A stretch of DNA of 39,155 bases from Gammaproteobacteria bacterium (GTDB lineage Bacteria > Pseudomonadota > Gammaproteobacteria > Comchoanobacterales > Comchoanobacteraceae): the NCBI GenBank assembly GCA_029243665.1, contig JAQWRO010000048.1:1-39155 (forward strand), given 5' to 3'. The position numbers and the translations under genes are program-made. Below, one piece after another: positions 25,265-34,759 of this stretch. Each line of letters starts with the position of its first letter. Position 1 is the stretch's first letter. Under the pieces are notes generated by a model. That model worked only from the letters and a program-made list of their open reading frames with translations, was not told the origin of the DNA and did no database searches.

Positions 25265-25995
25265 CTAGTTTAATAAACTTATTGAAACCAGAAACTTGGT
25301 TTGATTTTTGTGAGCAGTGGGGCAGTGTATTGTTTTATACGCTGTTTCCACTGCTTTTTTTTGGCTTGATGAGTGGTTTGTACCTAGCGCCCACGGACGT
25401 ACAACAAGGAGAGGTTTATCGCATTATCTATGTGCATGTACCGGCTGCTGCTATGTCACTCGGGTGTTATGCCTTCATAGGCTTGTGTTCAGCTTGTTTT
25501 CTGGTGTCGCGTGTCTTGATATTTGATTATTTAACCCTTGCAACAGCAAAAGTAGGTGCAATTCTAACTGCTTTATCACTTGTTACTGGTGCTATTTGGG
25601 GGATGCCAACGTGGGGCACTTGGTGGATTTGGGATGCTCGTTTAACATCACAATTGTTGCTGTTAATGATCTACGTTTGTTATCTTTTGGTGCGGTTATC
25701 AGTTAAACCTGAGAGGCAAGCCAGAATATATGCGTCAGTCTTTGCAATGATTGGTTTAATTGATTTGCCAATCATTCATTTTTCAGTTCAGTGGTGGGCA
25801 ACTTTACATCAGCCACCAACATTATTTAAGTTTGCAAAGCCGAGTATGGATGGGCAGATGCTGTGGGCTTTGATGATTTGTTTATTTGTGTATTTCTTTA
25901 TCACCATCGTTTTAGTACTTTTAACGCTTAGAAACGATTTATTAATTCATTGCCGTCATAAAAAATGGGTAGAGAGAAAAAAAATCCATGAATAG
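25261..25995 (+). CDS. ccmC: heme exporter protein CcmC
   Basis: IIYVHVPAA is present. The WWD motif is GMPTWGTWWIWDARLTS. 6 TM and 244 aa. Confidence 0.93.
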   Translation: MTSLINLLKPETWFDFCEQWGSVLFYTLFPLLFFGLMSGLYLAPTDVQQGEVYRIIYVHVPAAAMSLGCYAFIGLCSACFLVSRVLIFDYLTLATAKVGAILTALSLVTGAIWGMPTWGTWWIWDARLTSQLLLLMIYVCYLLVRLSVKPERQARIYASVFAMIGLIDLPIIHFSVQWWATLHQPPTLFKFAKPSMDGQMLWALMICLFVYFFITIVLVLLTLRNDLLIHCRHKKWVERKKIHE

Positions 25996-26098
25996 TTATG
26001 TTTTAGCGACATATGCTCTTTCAGCTTTTACATTATTAGGTTATGCTATGTTTATGCGTTGGCATTACTCAAAAAAATGTAAAAATGATGGCAATTAA
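25988..26098 (+). CDS. ccmD: heme exporter protein CcmD (36 aa, absent from the ORF track)
   Basis: ATG 25988 overlaps the end of ccmC. Translation is MNSYVLATYALSAFTLLGYAMFMRWHYSKKCKNDGN: one TM followed by a basic tail. The stop TAA 26096-26098 abuts the ccmE ATG. This is the canonical position between ccmC and ccmE. Confidence 0.8.
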   Translation: MNSYVLATYALSAFTLLGYAMFMRWHYSKKCKNDGN

Positions 26099-26503
26099 AT
26101 GAATGAAACCATAAAAAGTAGATTTTTATACATGGTTTTGATTATTTTGCTGGTAGGTACGGGTGTTACTCTAATCATTACTGCATTGAATAAAAATATT
26201 AATTTATATTTGACTCCAACTGAACTTGCTCAAAAATCACCTAATGAGTTATATCGAATGATTAAAGTTGGTGGGCTAGTTGCGAAGGATTCTGTGATCT
26301 ATAAAAAAAATGGTGATGTTGAATTTATCATTACCGATACCAAGTCAAAAACCAAAGTTAAGTATAACGGGCTCTTGCCAGGTTTGTTTCAGGAAGGGAA
26401 AGGGGTTATTGTGGAAGGGCAATGGCAGTCTAATTATTTGCAAGCATCTCTTGTGCTGGCTAAACATGATGAAAATTATACTCCACCCAAGGTGAAACAA
26501 TGA
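26099..26503 (+). CDS. ccmE: cytochrome c-type biogenesis heme chaperone CcmE
   Basis: An N-terminal TM anchor is followed by an OB fold (R.GG.V...S). The C-terminal heme-binding motif is LAKHDENYTPPKV. Confidence 0.93.
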   Translation: MNETIKSRFLYMVLIILLVGTGVTLIITALNKNINLYLTPTELAQKSPNELYRMIKVGGLVAKDSVIYKKNGDVEFIITDTKSKTKVKYNGLLPGLFQEGKGVIVEGQWQSNYLQASLVLAKHDENYTPPKVKQ

Positions 26504-28362
26504 TCATTGCATTCAGTGGTTATTTAACTCTTTTGTCATGTGGTTTTTTATCGCTGTATTTGATTCGTATTTGCAGAAAGCCTGAAGCGTTTAATGCACT
26601 TAAAACTTGGGTTGTTTGTCACGGTCTTTTATTGCTTGCTGCTTTTTTGATTTTGACATACGGATTTATAACCGATACTTGGTCTATCGCATACGTTGCA
26701 CAACATTCTCATTCGGCTTTACCATTGATTTACAAGATCTGTGCTGTTTGGGGTGGGCATGAAGGGTCGTTACTTTTATGGGTCAGTATTCTATCTTTGT
26801 GGATGATTGTGATGATTCTGTATCCTGGCCCAATGAGTCAAACTTACTTACGATTAAGCATTGGTATCTTATGCGTGATTGCAGCTGGTTTTGAATGGTT
26901 TATGATTGTAACGTCTAATCCTTTTTTAGTGTTGCCAATCACCCCATTAGATGGTGCTGATCTAAATCCATTACTACAAGACCCTGGGATGGTTTCTCAT
27001 CCACCCATGTTATATATGGGTTATGTGGGTTTCTCAGTGGTCTATGCTTGTGCGATTGCTGGGATGTTGTCAAAAGAAGATCGCCCAAAATGGTCGGCAT
27101 GGGCAAGGCCATGGGCATTGGCTGCATGGGCCTCATTGACCGTAGGGATTGTTTTAGGTAGTGCATGGGCATATCGAGAGCTAGGTTGGGGCGGATGGTG
27201 GTTTTGGGACCCGGTTGAAAACGCTTCATTCATGCCTTGGTTGGTTGGTGTTGGACTCATTCATTCTTTAATTCTTGCTCAAAGACAACCTGACTTTACG
27301 CATTGGGCAGGTTTATTAGCAATTTTTGGTTTTATTTTAAGTTTGTTAGGGACTTTTTTAGTTCGTTCAGGCATTTTGATTTCTGTGCATGCATTTGCCG
27401 TCGATGCTACTAGGGGCATCTATTTACTCGGTTTTTTAGGTGTTGTTTTATGTGTGTCGTTATTTGTATTGTTAAAAACATATCAAAGGCAAAGTTCATT
27501 AGATACATTTGATTGGCATGCCAAGCCTAAATTATTGATGTTTAATAATGTTATGTTTCTATTTGCCATGATGGTGGTTGTATTAGGAACTTTATTTCCA
27601 ATTCTCTATCAGTTTATAACCAATGATCCACTTTCTATTGGGCCACCATATTTTAACTCGGTACTTTGGCCAGTAGTCATTTTATTAATGGTTTTGATGG
27701 GACTTGCTGTTCAAGCAAACTGGTTTGGCCTTAACTGGGAATGGCGTGTACAAATTAAGGTGATATTAGCAGCATTATTAATAGCATTAGCAATTTCATT
27801 TTGTTTTTCAACGCAATTACATTTTCATGCGATGCTTTCGCTTACTTTGATTTTTTGGTTAATTTTAATGCATAGACAGCATTGGTTACAATTAAATTTT
27901 CAAAGACTGCCAATGTTGATTGCACATCTTGGTTTCATTGTCACTGCACTTGGCATTACATTAACTTCACAATTCAGTGAGGAGCACATCATTAGCATGA
28001 AGCTTGGTGAGACGGTCACAAGTAACCAAACTGCTGTGACTTGGAAAAAAGCTGCAAGTTATGAAGGAGATAATTTTTGGGCGATGAAAATGTATTTAAG
28101 TTTTCATACTAAAAATGGTTTTAACTTTGATTTACATCCAGAGTATAGGGTGTATACAGCTTCTAAAACACCTTTGCCTCACGCAAGTATAGCACCATTT
28201 ATTTGGGGCGATTATTACGTCAATGTTGGTCAGAGTATTGGGGATGGTGCTTGGTTAATCAGGTGGCAATTTAAGCCATTTGCTCGTTGGATTTGGTTAG
28301 GTGGTTTTCTTATGGCTGCAGGTGGTATATTATCTATGAGGAACAAAAGGTATGCATCTTAA
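26500..28362 (+). CDS. ccmF: cytochrome c heme lyase subunit CcmF
   Basis: 620 aa and polytopic. The WWD-type motif is WGGWWFWDPVENASFMPWL. GGHEGSLLLW is also present. It overlaps ccmE as ATGA. Confidence 0.93.
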   Translation: MIIAFSGYLTLLSCGFLSLYLIRICRKPEAFNALKTWVVCHGLLLLAAFLILTYGFITDTWSIAYVAQHSHSALPLIYKICAVWGGHEGSLLLWVSILSLWMIVMILYPGPMSQTYLRLSIGILCVIAAGFEWFMIVTSNPFLVLPITPLDGADLNPLLQDPGMVSHPPMLYMGYVGFSVVYACAIAGMLSKEDRPKWSAWARPWALAAWASLTVGIVLGSAWAYRELGWGGWWFWDPVENASFMPWLVGVGLIHSLILAQRQPDFTHWAGLLAIFGFILSLLGTFLVRSGILISVHAFAVDATRGIYLLGFLGVVLCVSLFVLLKTYQRQSSLDTFDWHAKPKLLMFNNVMFLFAMMVVVLGTLFPILYQFITNDPLSIGPPYFNSVLWPVVILLMVLMGLAVQANWFGLNWEWRVQIKVILAALLIALAISFCFSTQLHFHAMLSLTLIFWLILMHRQHWLQLNFQRLPMLIAHLGFIVTALGITLTSQFSEEHIISMKLGETVTSNQTAVTWKKAASYEGDNFWAMKMYLSFHTKNGFNFDLHPEYRVYTASKTPLPHASIAPFIWGDYYVNVGQSIGDGAWLIRWQFKPFARWIWLGGFLMAAGGILSMRNKRYAS

Positions 28363-28873
28363 TCAAATAAAACCCATTATAGCAACCGCAATATTATTAG
28401 CATTTATGATGCTATTATATATCGGTCTACATCAAAATCCTTCTGCGATTAAATCACCCATCATGCATCAATCGATGCCCCATTTCAAAGGTTTAAATGT
28501 TGGAGATAAGTCACCTTTTACAGATGAAGATCTAATTGGCAAACCATATTTTTTAAACATTTGGGCAACGTGGTGCAGTAGTTGTGCTGTAGAACATCCT
28601 GTTTGGATGCAGTTTAGCGCACATCATAAAATGAATGTAGTGGGTGTCTTGTATAATGATAACCTTTCAACAGCATCACCTTGGTTGAAACAACACGGTA
28701 ATCCTTATACGCATTTAGTGAATGATCCTAGGGGTAAGCTTATTATTAACTTAGGTGCTTATGGCACGCCCGAAACTTTATTTATCGATGCGAAGGGTGT
28801 AATTCAAAAACGGTTTATTGGACCTGTAACCCCTGCGTGGATTAACCAAACATATGAGGAGTTTAGTTTATGA
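28352..28873 (+). CDS. ccmG: thiol:disulfide interchange protein DsbE/CcmG
   Basis: TM anchor, WATWCSSC (CXXC) and GAYGTPETLFID (the GVxGxPET motif). 173 aa. Confidence 0.9.
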   Translation: MHLNQIKPIIATAILLAFMMLLYIGLHQNPSAIKSPIMHQSMPHFKGLNVGDKSPFTDEDLIGKPYFLNIWATWCSSCAVEHPVWMQFSAHHKMNVVGVLYNDNLSTASPWLKQHGNPYTHLVNDPRGKLIINLGAYGTPETLFIDAKGVIQKRFIGPVTPAWINQTYEEFSL

Positions 28874-29715
28874 TCAAAACCATCGATTTTAATGACCCAA
28901 ATGCACCCACTTTATTAGTTTCATCTTTCAGAGAAACTGGTTTTGCAATCATCAACTTACCTCCAGTAGATTTTAATTTATTACAGCAATGTTTTGCTGC
29001 ATGGCGTGGTTTTTTTAAAAACCCTGACACAGACTATGTATATGATAGTGAATCTGGTGCTGGTTGGATTGATCAAAGTTTGTCAGAGAAAGCAAAAGAT
29101 GCACAAAAAAAAGATCTCAAAGAATTTTATCATTATTATAAAGGCCAACCATGCCCTGAAAATATTAAGCAGGTGACGGATGACTCTTTTAACATGCTGT
29201 TTAATTTATCAAGTACATTATTAAAATGGGTTGAACAAGCTTTGCCGAATGAAATTAAAGCACATTTTGATCGACCCTTGAGCGATATGGTGTCTACGAA
29301 AAACACATTGTTTCGGATTATCCATTATCCACCGCTCAATGATTGTGAGGATACTGATGGTATTCGTGCAGCTGCACATGAAGATATTAATCTAATCACG
29401 ATTTTACCCCCGGGTACAGCAGAAGGGCTTCAGGTTAAAACAATCGATGGTCAATGGTATCCAGTAGATGCTAAATCGAATCAAGTCGTTGTTAACATTG
29501 GGGATATGTTACAAGAACTAACCAGGAAGTATTTGATTTCAACGTGTCATCGCGTGATTAATCCGATCGATTTAACTGTGCCCAGATATGCAATGCCACT
29601 TTTTCTGCATCCACATGATGATGTAAAGTTGTCAGATCAATATCCTAGAGCCAATGACTACTTAAAAGAAAGGTTAAGAGAGCTAGGGCTTTTAAAAGAA
29701 GCTGAACCAGCTTAG
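28870..29715 (+). CDS. 2-oxoglutarate/Fe(II)-dependent oxygenase (isopenicillin N synthase-like family)
   Basis: The facial triad is present: AAHEDINLITIL (HxD) and STCHRVINP (distal His plus Arg). NIGDML..LT is also present. The start overlaps the ccmG stop (ATGA). Confidence 0.8.
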   Translation: MIKTIDFNDPNAPTLLVSSFRETGFAIINLPPVDFNLLQQCFAAWRGFFKNPDTDYVYDSESGAGWIDQSLSEKAKDAQKKDLKEFYHYYKGQPCPENIKQVTDDSFNMLFNLSSTLLKWVEQALPNEIKAHFDRPLSDMVSTKNTLFRIIHYPPLNDCEDTDGIRAAAHEDINLITILPPGTAEGLQVKTIDGQWYPVDAKSNQVVVNIGDMLQELTRKYLISTCHRVINPIDLTVPRYAMPLFLHPHDDVKLSDQYPRANDYLKERLRELGLLKEAEPA

Positions 29716-29721
29716 CGAAAT

Positions 29722-29805
29722 TGCCGAGAGTCGGAATCGAACCGACACGGTGTTGCCACCACCAGATTTTGAATCTGGCGCGTCTACCTATTTCGCCATC
29801 TCGGC
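29722..29805 (-). tRNA. tRNA-Leu (anticodon CAA), long variable arm, no encoded CCA
   Basis: The reverse complement reads GCCGAGATGGCGAAATAGGTAGACGCGCCAGATTCAAAATCTGGTGGTGGCAACACCGTGTCGGTTCGATTCCGACTCTCGGCA. Acceptor GCCGAGA/TCTCGGC. Anticodon stem CCAGA/TCTGG with loop TTCAAAA. Confidence 0.88.
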
Positions 29806-29826
29806 ATAGTATAAAACTATATCAAA

Positions 29827-31008
29827 TTAAAGTTTATTCTTAAAGTCTTTAATGATCTCTTTTGCAATAATCATTTGTCTGATTTCATTTGTGCCACCAC
29901 CAATGTCGAATAATTTTGCATCCCTCATTAGCATTTCGACAGGGTAGTCCTCAGTATAACCATTGCCACCTAACAACTGAATGGCTTCCATACTGGTTGC
30001 AACCCCTGCACGAGAACAATGTAGGTGAACACTCGCTGCATAAGCATTAGTTAATGTGTTTTCATTGATTCTGTTGAATGCCTCAGTTAGCATGGCTTGA
30101 GATGATTCAATAGAGGTATACATATCTGCAATTTTGGCCTGAGTTAATTGAAATTGGTTAAGACATTTGCCAAATTGTTCACGTTGTGCTGTATATTCAA
30201 GTACTGTCTTCAGACAAGATTTTTGAATGCCTAACGGGCCTGCTGCCAACATAACGCGTTCAATATTAAGACCATCCATTAAAATAGATAACCCTTCATC
30301 TACAGAGCCTAGGACGTCATCTTGGCTTAATTTAACATTATTGAAATACAATGAACCCGTCTTAGAGCCGCGCATGCCTAATTTTTCAATGGGTTCACTT
30401 TTAGTAACACCAGGTTTTGTTAAATCAACAATAAACGCTGTGATACCCCTGTATTTCTGTTTAGGATTTGTATTCGCGTAAACAACAGCAACGCCTGCAT
30501 CGGGTCCATTTGTAATCCAAATTTTCTGCCCATTTAAAAAATAATTATTTTTTTTGAGTTCAGCTGTCGTTTTCATTGCTAAAGCATCAGAGCCTGCATT
30601 TGGCTCACTGATGGCTATAGCACCGATGGTTTTGCCGTTAATGAGTTGAGGAAGCCAAAAATCTTTTTGTGCGGGGGAACCATGTTGAATGATAGGGTGC
30701 ATACACAAATGGCTGTGTGCAAGGTAGCTAAGGCCCATAGCAGGGGAGTGTTGACTGATCTGCTCGATGGTTTTGGCTTGCAAAGAATAGGATTGATTTA
30801 AGCCGCCGTAGACCTCTGGAGCTTGAACACCAAGTAATCCAAAATCACCTAAAGATTGCCATAGATCTTTTGAAATCATAAACTTTTCAATTTTTTTTGC
30901 ATGTGTTGCAATAAATTTATCTACAAAGTCAGTGATACCAATTTCAATGGACTCAGCTAACTCTGATGTATATGCTTGATCTGTGATGGTTATATTGTCT
31001 TTTGTCAT
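29827..31008 (-). CDS. ivd: isovaleryl-CoA dehydrogenase-type acyl-CoA dehydrogenase
   Basis: The start is set at ATG 31008 (MTKDNITI...). Strong collinearity with IVD: GLSYLAHSHLC, ISEPNAGSD, WITNGPDA, GITAFIV, KLGMRGS, NIERVMLAAGPLG, FQLTQAKIADMY, GGNGYTEDYP and RDAKLFDIGGGTNE. Gly at the MCAD-type Glu position and the Glu in ..IER.. fit the IVD-type catalytic base placement. Confidence 0.85.
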   Translation of the reverse strand: MTKDNITITDQAYTSELAESIEIGITDFVDKFIATHAKKIEKFMISKDLWQSLGDFGLLGVQAPEVYGGLNQSYSLQAKTIEQISQHSPAMGLSYLAHSHLCMHPIIQHGSPAQKDFWLPQLINGKTIGAIAISEPNAGSDALAMKTTAELKKNNYFLNGQKIWITNGPDAGVAVVYANTNPKQKYRGITAFIVDLTKPGVTKSEPIEKLGMRGSKTGSLYFNNVKLSQDDVLGSVDEGLSILMDGLNIERVMLAAGPLGIQKSCLKTVLEYTAQREQFGKCLNQFQLTQAKIADMYTSIESSQAMLTEAFNRINENTLTNAYAASVHLHCSRAGVATSMEAIQLLGGNGYTEDYPVEMLMRDAKLFDIGGGTNEIRQMIIAKEIIKDFKNKL

Positions 31009-31073
31009 GGATGCATCATAACATAAGCACATTTTTAATTGCAGGTATTTTTAAAAGATGGTATGTTCGTTTT

Positions 31074-32054
31074 ATGCGTTGGTTGCTAATTATCTATTTA
31101 TGCTTAATACAAACTATTCAAGCAAACATTATTCCTGAAATCAAAAAAAGAGGTGTTCTTAATTGTGGTGTAACTACAGGTTTACCTGGCTTTTCATTTA
31201 TGAATGAAAAAGGTGAGTGGGCAGGCTTTGAGGTTGATTATTGTCGGGGAATTGCTGCTGCTATCTTTAATGATCCAAATAAAGTAAAGTTCATTCCCTT
31301 AACAAATCAAATGCAGTTTTTAGCATTGAATATGAAACAGGTTGATGTTTTGGCACGGGTTATTTCTATTAATTATACACGAGCGACTCAATTATCTGGC
31401 ATGTTTCCTGTAACACATTATTTCGACGACGAGGCTGTGCTAATTTATAATTTAAATATAAAAAAATTAAGTGATTTAGACGGGAAAACAATTTGTCTAG
31501 TTTCAGGAAGTACTACCGAACAAAACTTGTATCATTATGCATTAACACAAGGCTGGCATTATAAACCATTGGTGATGAGTCGCGGACAATTAGCAGTGCG
31601 TGCACTTGCCTCTGGGCGTTGTAAAGCATTGGCTGGAGATCGTTCAAGTTTATATGTCTTTAAGAATGAACTTCCTAAACCTAAGCAGGCAAATGTGTTT
31701 GATGAAAGCATCGCACTAGAGCCCTTAGGACTAATGGTCAGGCAAAGTGATATTGATTTGTATCAGCTTATTCAATGGATGCATTATGCATTGGTATTAT
31801 CTGAACAAAAAAATATTACACAAGCAACCATTGCATCTAAACAATTAACGCTATCAGATTTCAATGAACAAATGGGCATTATGTCGCTTACAATGTCATA
31901 TTTGCCTGATCATTGGTTGTACCAGGTGATCAATGCAGTAGGTAATTATGGTGAAATATATTCTAGAAATTTAACTAAACCTCTTAATATTCCAAGAAAT
32001 AATAATAAACTTATGTCTCAGGGTGGTATGATGTACTCACCCAGCTTTAATTAA
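31074..32054 (+). CDS. aapJ: amino-acid ABC transporter periplasmic substrate-binding protein (general L-amino acid AapJ/BztA type)
   Basis: The start is set at ATG 31074 (signal peptide MRWLLIIYLCLIQTIQA). IKKRGVLNCGV..GLPGFS and GF.VDYCR.IAAAIF.DP.KV.F are present. The C-terminus GGMMYSPSF resembles the AapJ ending. Confidence 0.8.
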   Translation: MRWLLIIYLCLIQTIQANIIPEIKKRGVLNCGVTTGLPGFSFMNEKGEWAGFEVDYCRGIAAAIFNDPNKVKFIPLTNQMQFLALNMKQVDVLARVISINYTRATQLSGMFPVTHYFDDEAVLIYNLNIKKLSDLDGKTICLVSGSTTEQNLYHYALTQGWHYKPLVMSRGQLAVRALASGRCKALAGDRSSLYVFKNELPKPKQANVFDESIALEPLGLMVRQSDIDLYQLIQWMHYALVLSEQKNITQATIASKQLTLSDFNEQMGIMSLTMSYLPDHWLYQVINAVGNYGEIYSRNLTKPLNIPRNNNKLMSQGGMMYSPSFN

Positions 32055-32097
32055 TGATAAGATTGCAATGTGATTAAAAATTTCTTATGCTCGAAAG

Positions 32098-33129
32098 ATG
32101 CATATCTATCAAAGACAAAAAATTCATTGGTTTTATGAATTATTGTCACTAGCTTTTATAGTATTAATTATCAGCTGGCTATATTTCAATTGGAAAATAA
32201 ATGCGTTAGGGTATCAGGTATCTAACACTTGGACTTTTTTGTCATCATCAGCAAATTTTTTCATCAGTGACCATTGGCTGCCTTTTAGTCCTAAAGATCC
32301 GACGTGGTATGCTATTTTAATTGCGTCTGTTAATACCTTTATTTTGGGTATGTCAGTTATGATGTCTGCAACTGTGTTTGGTTTTCTATTTGGGATTCTG
32401 TCTGCCTATCCTAAATATAAGTTGCAGTGGTTTGCATCAAGTTATGTTGATGTGTTTAGAAACACACCTTTGGTTGGGCAATTATTCTTTTGGTATTTTG
32501 GTGTGTTTTATCTAATGCCACAAACAGAACATATCTATTATGATGGGTTCGTAAAGGTTAGTATTCAATCGTTGAGTATTTATACAGGCAATTTGTTTTT
32601 TATCTTAAGTTTCTTTTATCTGATTGTTGGCATATATTTCCTATTTCTCAAACGTGCCTTTGGTATGAGTCTATCTTTTTTGCTGATGAGTTTCATATAT
32701 TTCAATTTTAGTCATTCACATTACTTTACAATGTCGGTTGAGTGGCTCGCACTATATACTACGCTAACTTTTTATACAGCTTCTTACATTGCAGAAATTG
32801 TAAAAGCATCATTATTAAGCGTTCCAAATGCCATTGATGACGCTGCCATAGCTTTAGGTTTAAACGACAAAGATAAGTTTAAGTTAGTCATATACCCAAT
32901 AGCATTAAAATCAATGCGTCCAATGTTAATCAATCAATATATTACTATTATGAAAAATACATCTATTGGTATGTTGATCGGATATCCTGAATTAATGAAT
33001 GTATTAACGGGCACGATTATTAATTCAACTGGTCAAACATTGATTTGTGTCTCGCTCATGATGTGTATTTATTTAAGTGTGTGCTTATTTTGTCAATTTT
33101 TATTTATGAGAAAGCATGAGCCAATATAA
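32098..33129 (+). CDS. aapQ: amino-acid ABC transporter permease (AapQ/BztB type)
   Basis: A polytopic protein. The FRNTPLVGQLFFWYFG block and the EAA-like loop (ASYIAEIVKASLLSVP....DAAIALGL) are typical of polar amino-acid permeases with an N-terminal extension. Confidence 0.75.
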   Translation: MHIYQRQKIHWFYELLSLAFIVLIISWLYFNWKINALGYQVSNTWTFLSSSANFFISDHWLPFSPKDPTWYAILIASVNTFILGMSVMMSATVFGFLFGILSAYPKYKLQWFASSYVDVFRNTPLVGQLFFWYFGVFYLMPQTEHIYYDGFVKVSIQSLSIYTGNLFFILSFFYLIVGIYFLFLKRAFGMSLSFLLMSFIYFNFSHSHYFTMSVEWLALYTTLTFYTASYIAEIVKASLLSVPNAIDDAAIALGLNDKDKFKLVIYPIALKSMRPMLINQYITIMKNTSIGMLIGYPELMNVLTGTIINSTGQTLICVSLMMCIYLSVCLFCQFLFMRKHEPI

Positions 33130-34015
33130 ATTAAATTCAACATTTATTATTAAAGTTGTTGTTGCAGTAACAGTATTGTTTATAATAGCCCCAGATTTTG
33201 AAGTTTTGAGGCGGTTTGTATTTGGATTTGGTCAATTTATTACGCCTTCGATATTTGTCCTGTTTTTTGCAATATTACAATATACACTGCTTAAAAATAA
33301 TAAGTTTATGGCTTTACTTGTTTGGGTGTTAATATTTGCATTTATTTTACTAAACATCAAAGATGGTTGGCCAACAGGATTAATGGTTAATGTCGTTCTA
33401 ACCCTGATGTGTTTGCCAATGACGTTTATATTGGCACTTCTATTTGCAGTGCTTAGGTTCCAAAGCACACTTCTTGTTTTGAAAATATTTGCAACGGTCA
33501 TCATCGAATCAGTTAGAGGTGTGCCATTGATTGGTTTGATGATTTTTATTTTAAGCGTAGGTGCAGATATGGTTCCTGCTTATTGGATGATGCCAAAAAT
33601 AATTACGTTATGGATGATTTATAGTTTGTTTGCGGGTGTATACCTTGCAGAAGTTTTCAGGGGTGGTTTTCAATCTATTCCTAAGGCTTATTTTGATGGG
33701 GCATATGCGTTGGGTATGTCGCCTTTAAAGACATATGTTTATGTTCTGGTGCCCAAAGTAGTCATAGATACAATCCCTGCGGCATTTAATGTTTACATTG
33801 GTTTGTTTAAAGAAACAAGTTTGGTATTGTTATTTGGTTATTTTGATTTAATGAATATCGCTTTAAATTATCTTGATTTCCCAGAACATTATGATGAAAG
33901 CATAAAAATTTACATGATGGTTCTAATTCTTTTTTGGATTGTAGCAACCATCATGCATGAATATGGTCATTATTTATTTAAAACATTTTCTAAATATGAG
34001 GCAAAGAAAACATGA
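33116..34015 (+). CDS. aapM: amino-acid ABC transporter permease (AapM/BztC type)
   Basis: A polytopic protein. ESVRGVPLIGLMIF and the EAA loop (GVYLAEVFRGGFQSIPKAYFDGAYALGMS) are present. It overlaps its neighbours by 14 and 4 nt. Confidence 0.75.
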   Translation: MSQYKLNSTFIIKVVVAVTVLFIIAPDFEVLRRFVFGFGQFITPSIFVLFFAILQYTLLKNNKFMALLVWVLIFAFILLNIKDGWPTGLMVNVVLTLMCLPMTFILALLFAVLRFQSTLLVLKIFATVIIESVRGVPLIGLMIFILSVGADMVPAYWMMPKIITLWMIYSLFAGVYLAEVFRGGFQSIPKAYFDGAYALGMSPLKTYVYVLVPKVVIDTIPAAFNVYIGLFKETSLVLLFGYFDLMNIALNYLDFPEHYDESIKIYMMVLILFWIVATIMHEYGHYLFKTFSKYEAKKT

Positions 34016-34758
34016 AGCCATTATTAACTATTGATCAGTTATCCTTAAGCTTGAGCGGTAAAGAAATTTTAAAAGATGTGAGTTGTCAATTTCAAACAGG
34101 ATCTTGCTCAGTCTTAATTGGCCCATCGGGTTCTGGTAAGTCAAGTTTGCTAAAAACACTTAACCTACTTAATGAATATGATGCCGGACTAGTTTGTTTT
34201 AATGGTAAAGACATTAAAAAAATATCAAAGATTGAACTTAGAAAAAAAATTGGCATGGTTTTTCAACAATATAATTTATTTGACCATCTATCGGTATTGG
34301 ATAATTGTGCTTTGGCACTTAAACGTGTGCTTAACTTGAAAAAAAGAGATGCCTATGAGATTGCCCAAGCATATTTGACTAAAGTTAAAATGAATGATTT
34401 TGTCAATGCCTTTCCTAGACAGTTATCAGGTGGACAGCAGCAAAGGGTGGCTATAGCAAGAGCAATGTGTCTGCAGCCAGAAGTATTATTATTAGATGAA
34501 CCTACTGCAGCACTTGACCCTGAAATGTCATTCGAAGTACTTGAAACAATTAAATCACTCGCAGAGGAAGGCGTTACAATGATTTATGTGACGCATGAAA
34601 TTAATTTAGCAAGACATTTGGCTGATCAGGTGATTTTTATTGAAGAAGGACGTGTTGTTGCACAAGGCGATGTTAAAGAAGTGTTAGATACAACAAAAAA
34701 TAATAGAATTAAAAAATTTATTGAGCAAATTGAACACAGATTATACGGAAGCGAGTAG
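34012..34758 (+). CDS. aapP: amino-acid ABC transporter ATP-binding protein
   Basis: Walker A GPSGSGKSS; Q-loop MVFQQYNLF; signature LSGGQQQRVAIARA; Walker B LLLDEPTAALDPE; H-loop VTHE. Confidence 0.92.
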   Translation: MKPLLTIDQLSLSLSGKEILKDVSCQFQTGSCSVLIGPSGSGKSSLLKTLNLLNEYDAGLVCFNGKDIKKISKIELRKKIGMVFQQYNLFDHLSVLDNCALALKRVLNLKKRDAYEIAQAYLTKVKMNDFVNAFPRQLSGGQQQRVAIARAMCLQPEVLLLDEPTAALDPEMSFEVLETIKSLAEEGVTMIYVTHEINLARHLADQVIFIEEGRVVAQGDVKEVLDTTKNNRIKKFIEQIEHRLYGSE

Positions 34759-34759
34759 G

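Noticed and set aside
31002-31073. Upstream start (31002) for the amino-acid binding protein, overlapping the ivd start region
   Set aside because: The extension precedes a textbook signal peptide that starts at ATG 31074. It would also overlap the divergent ivd start.
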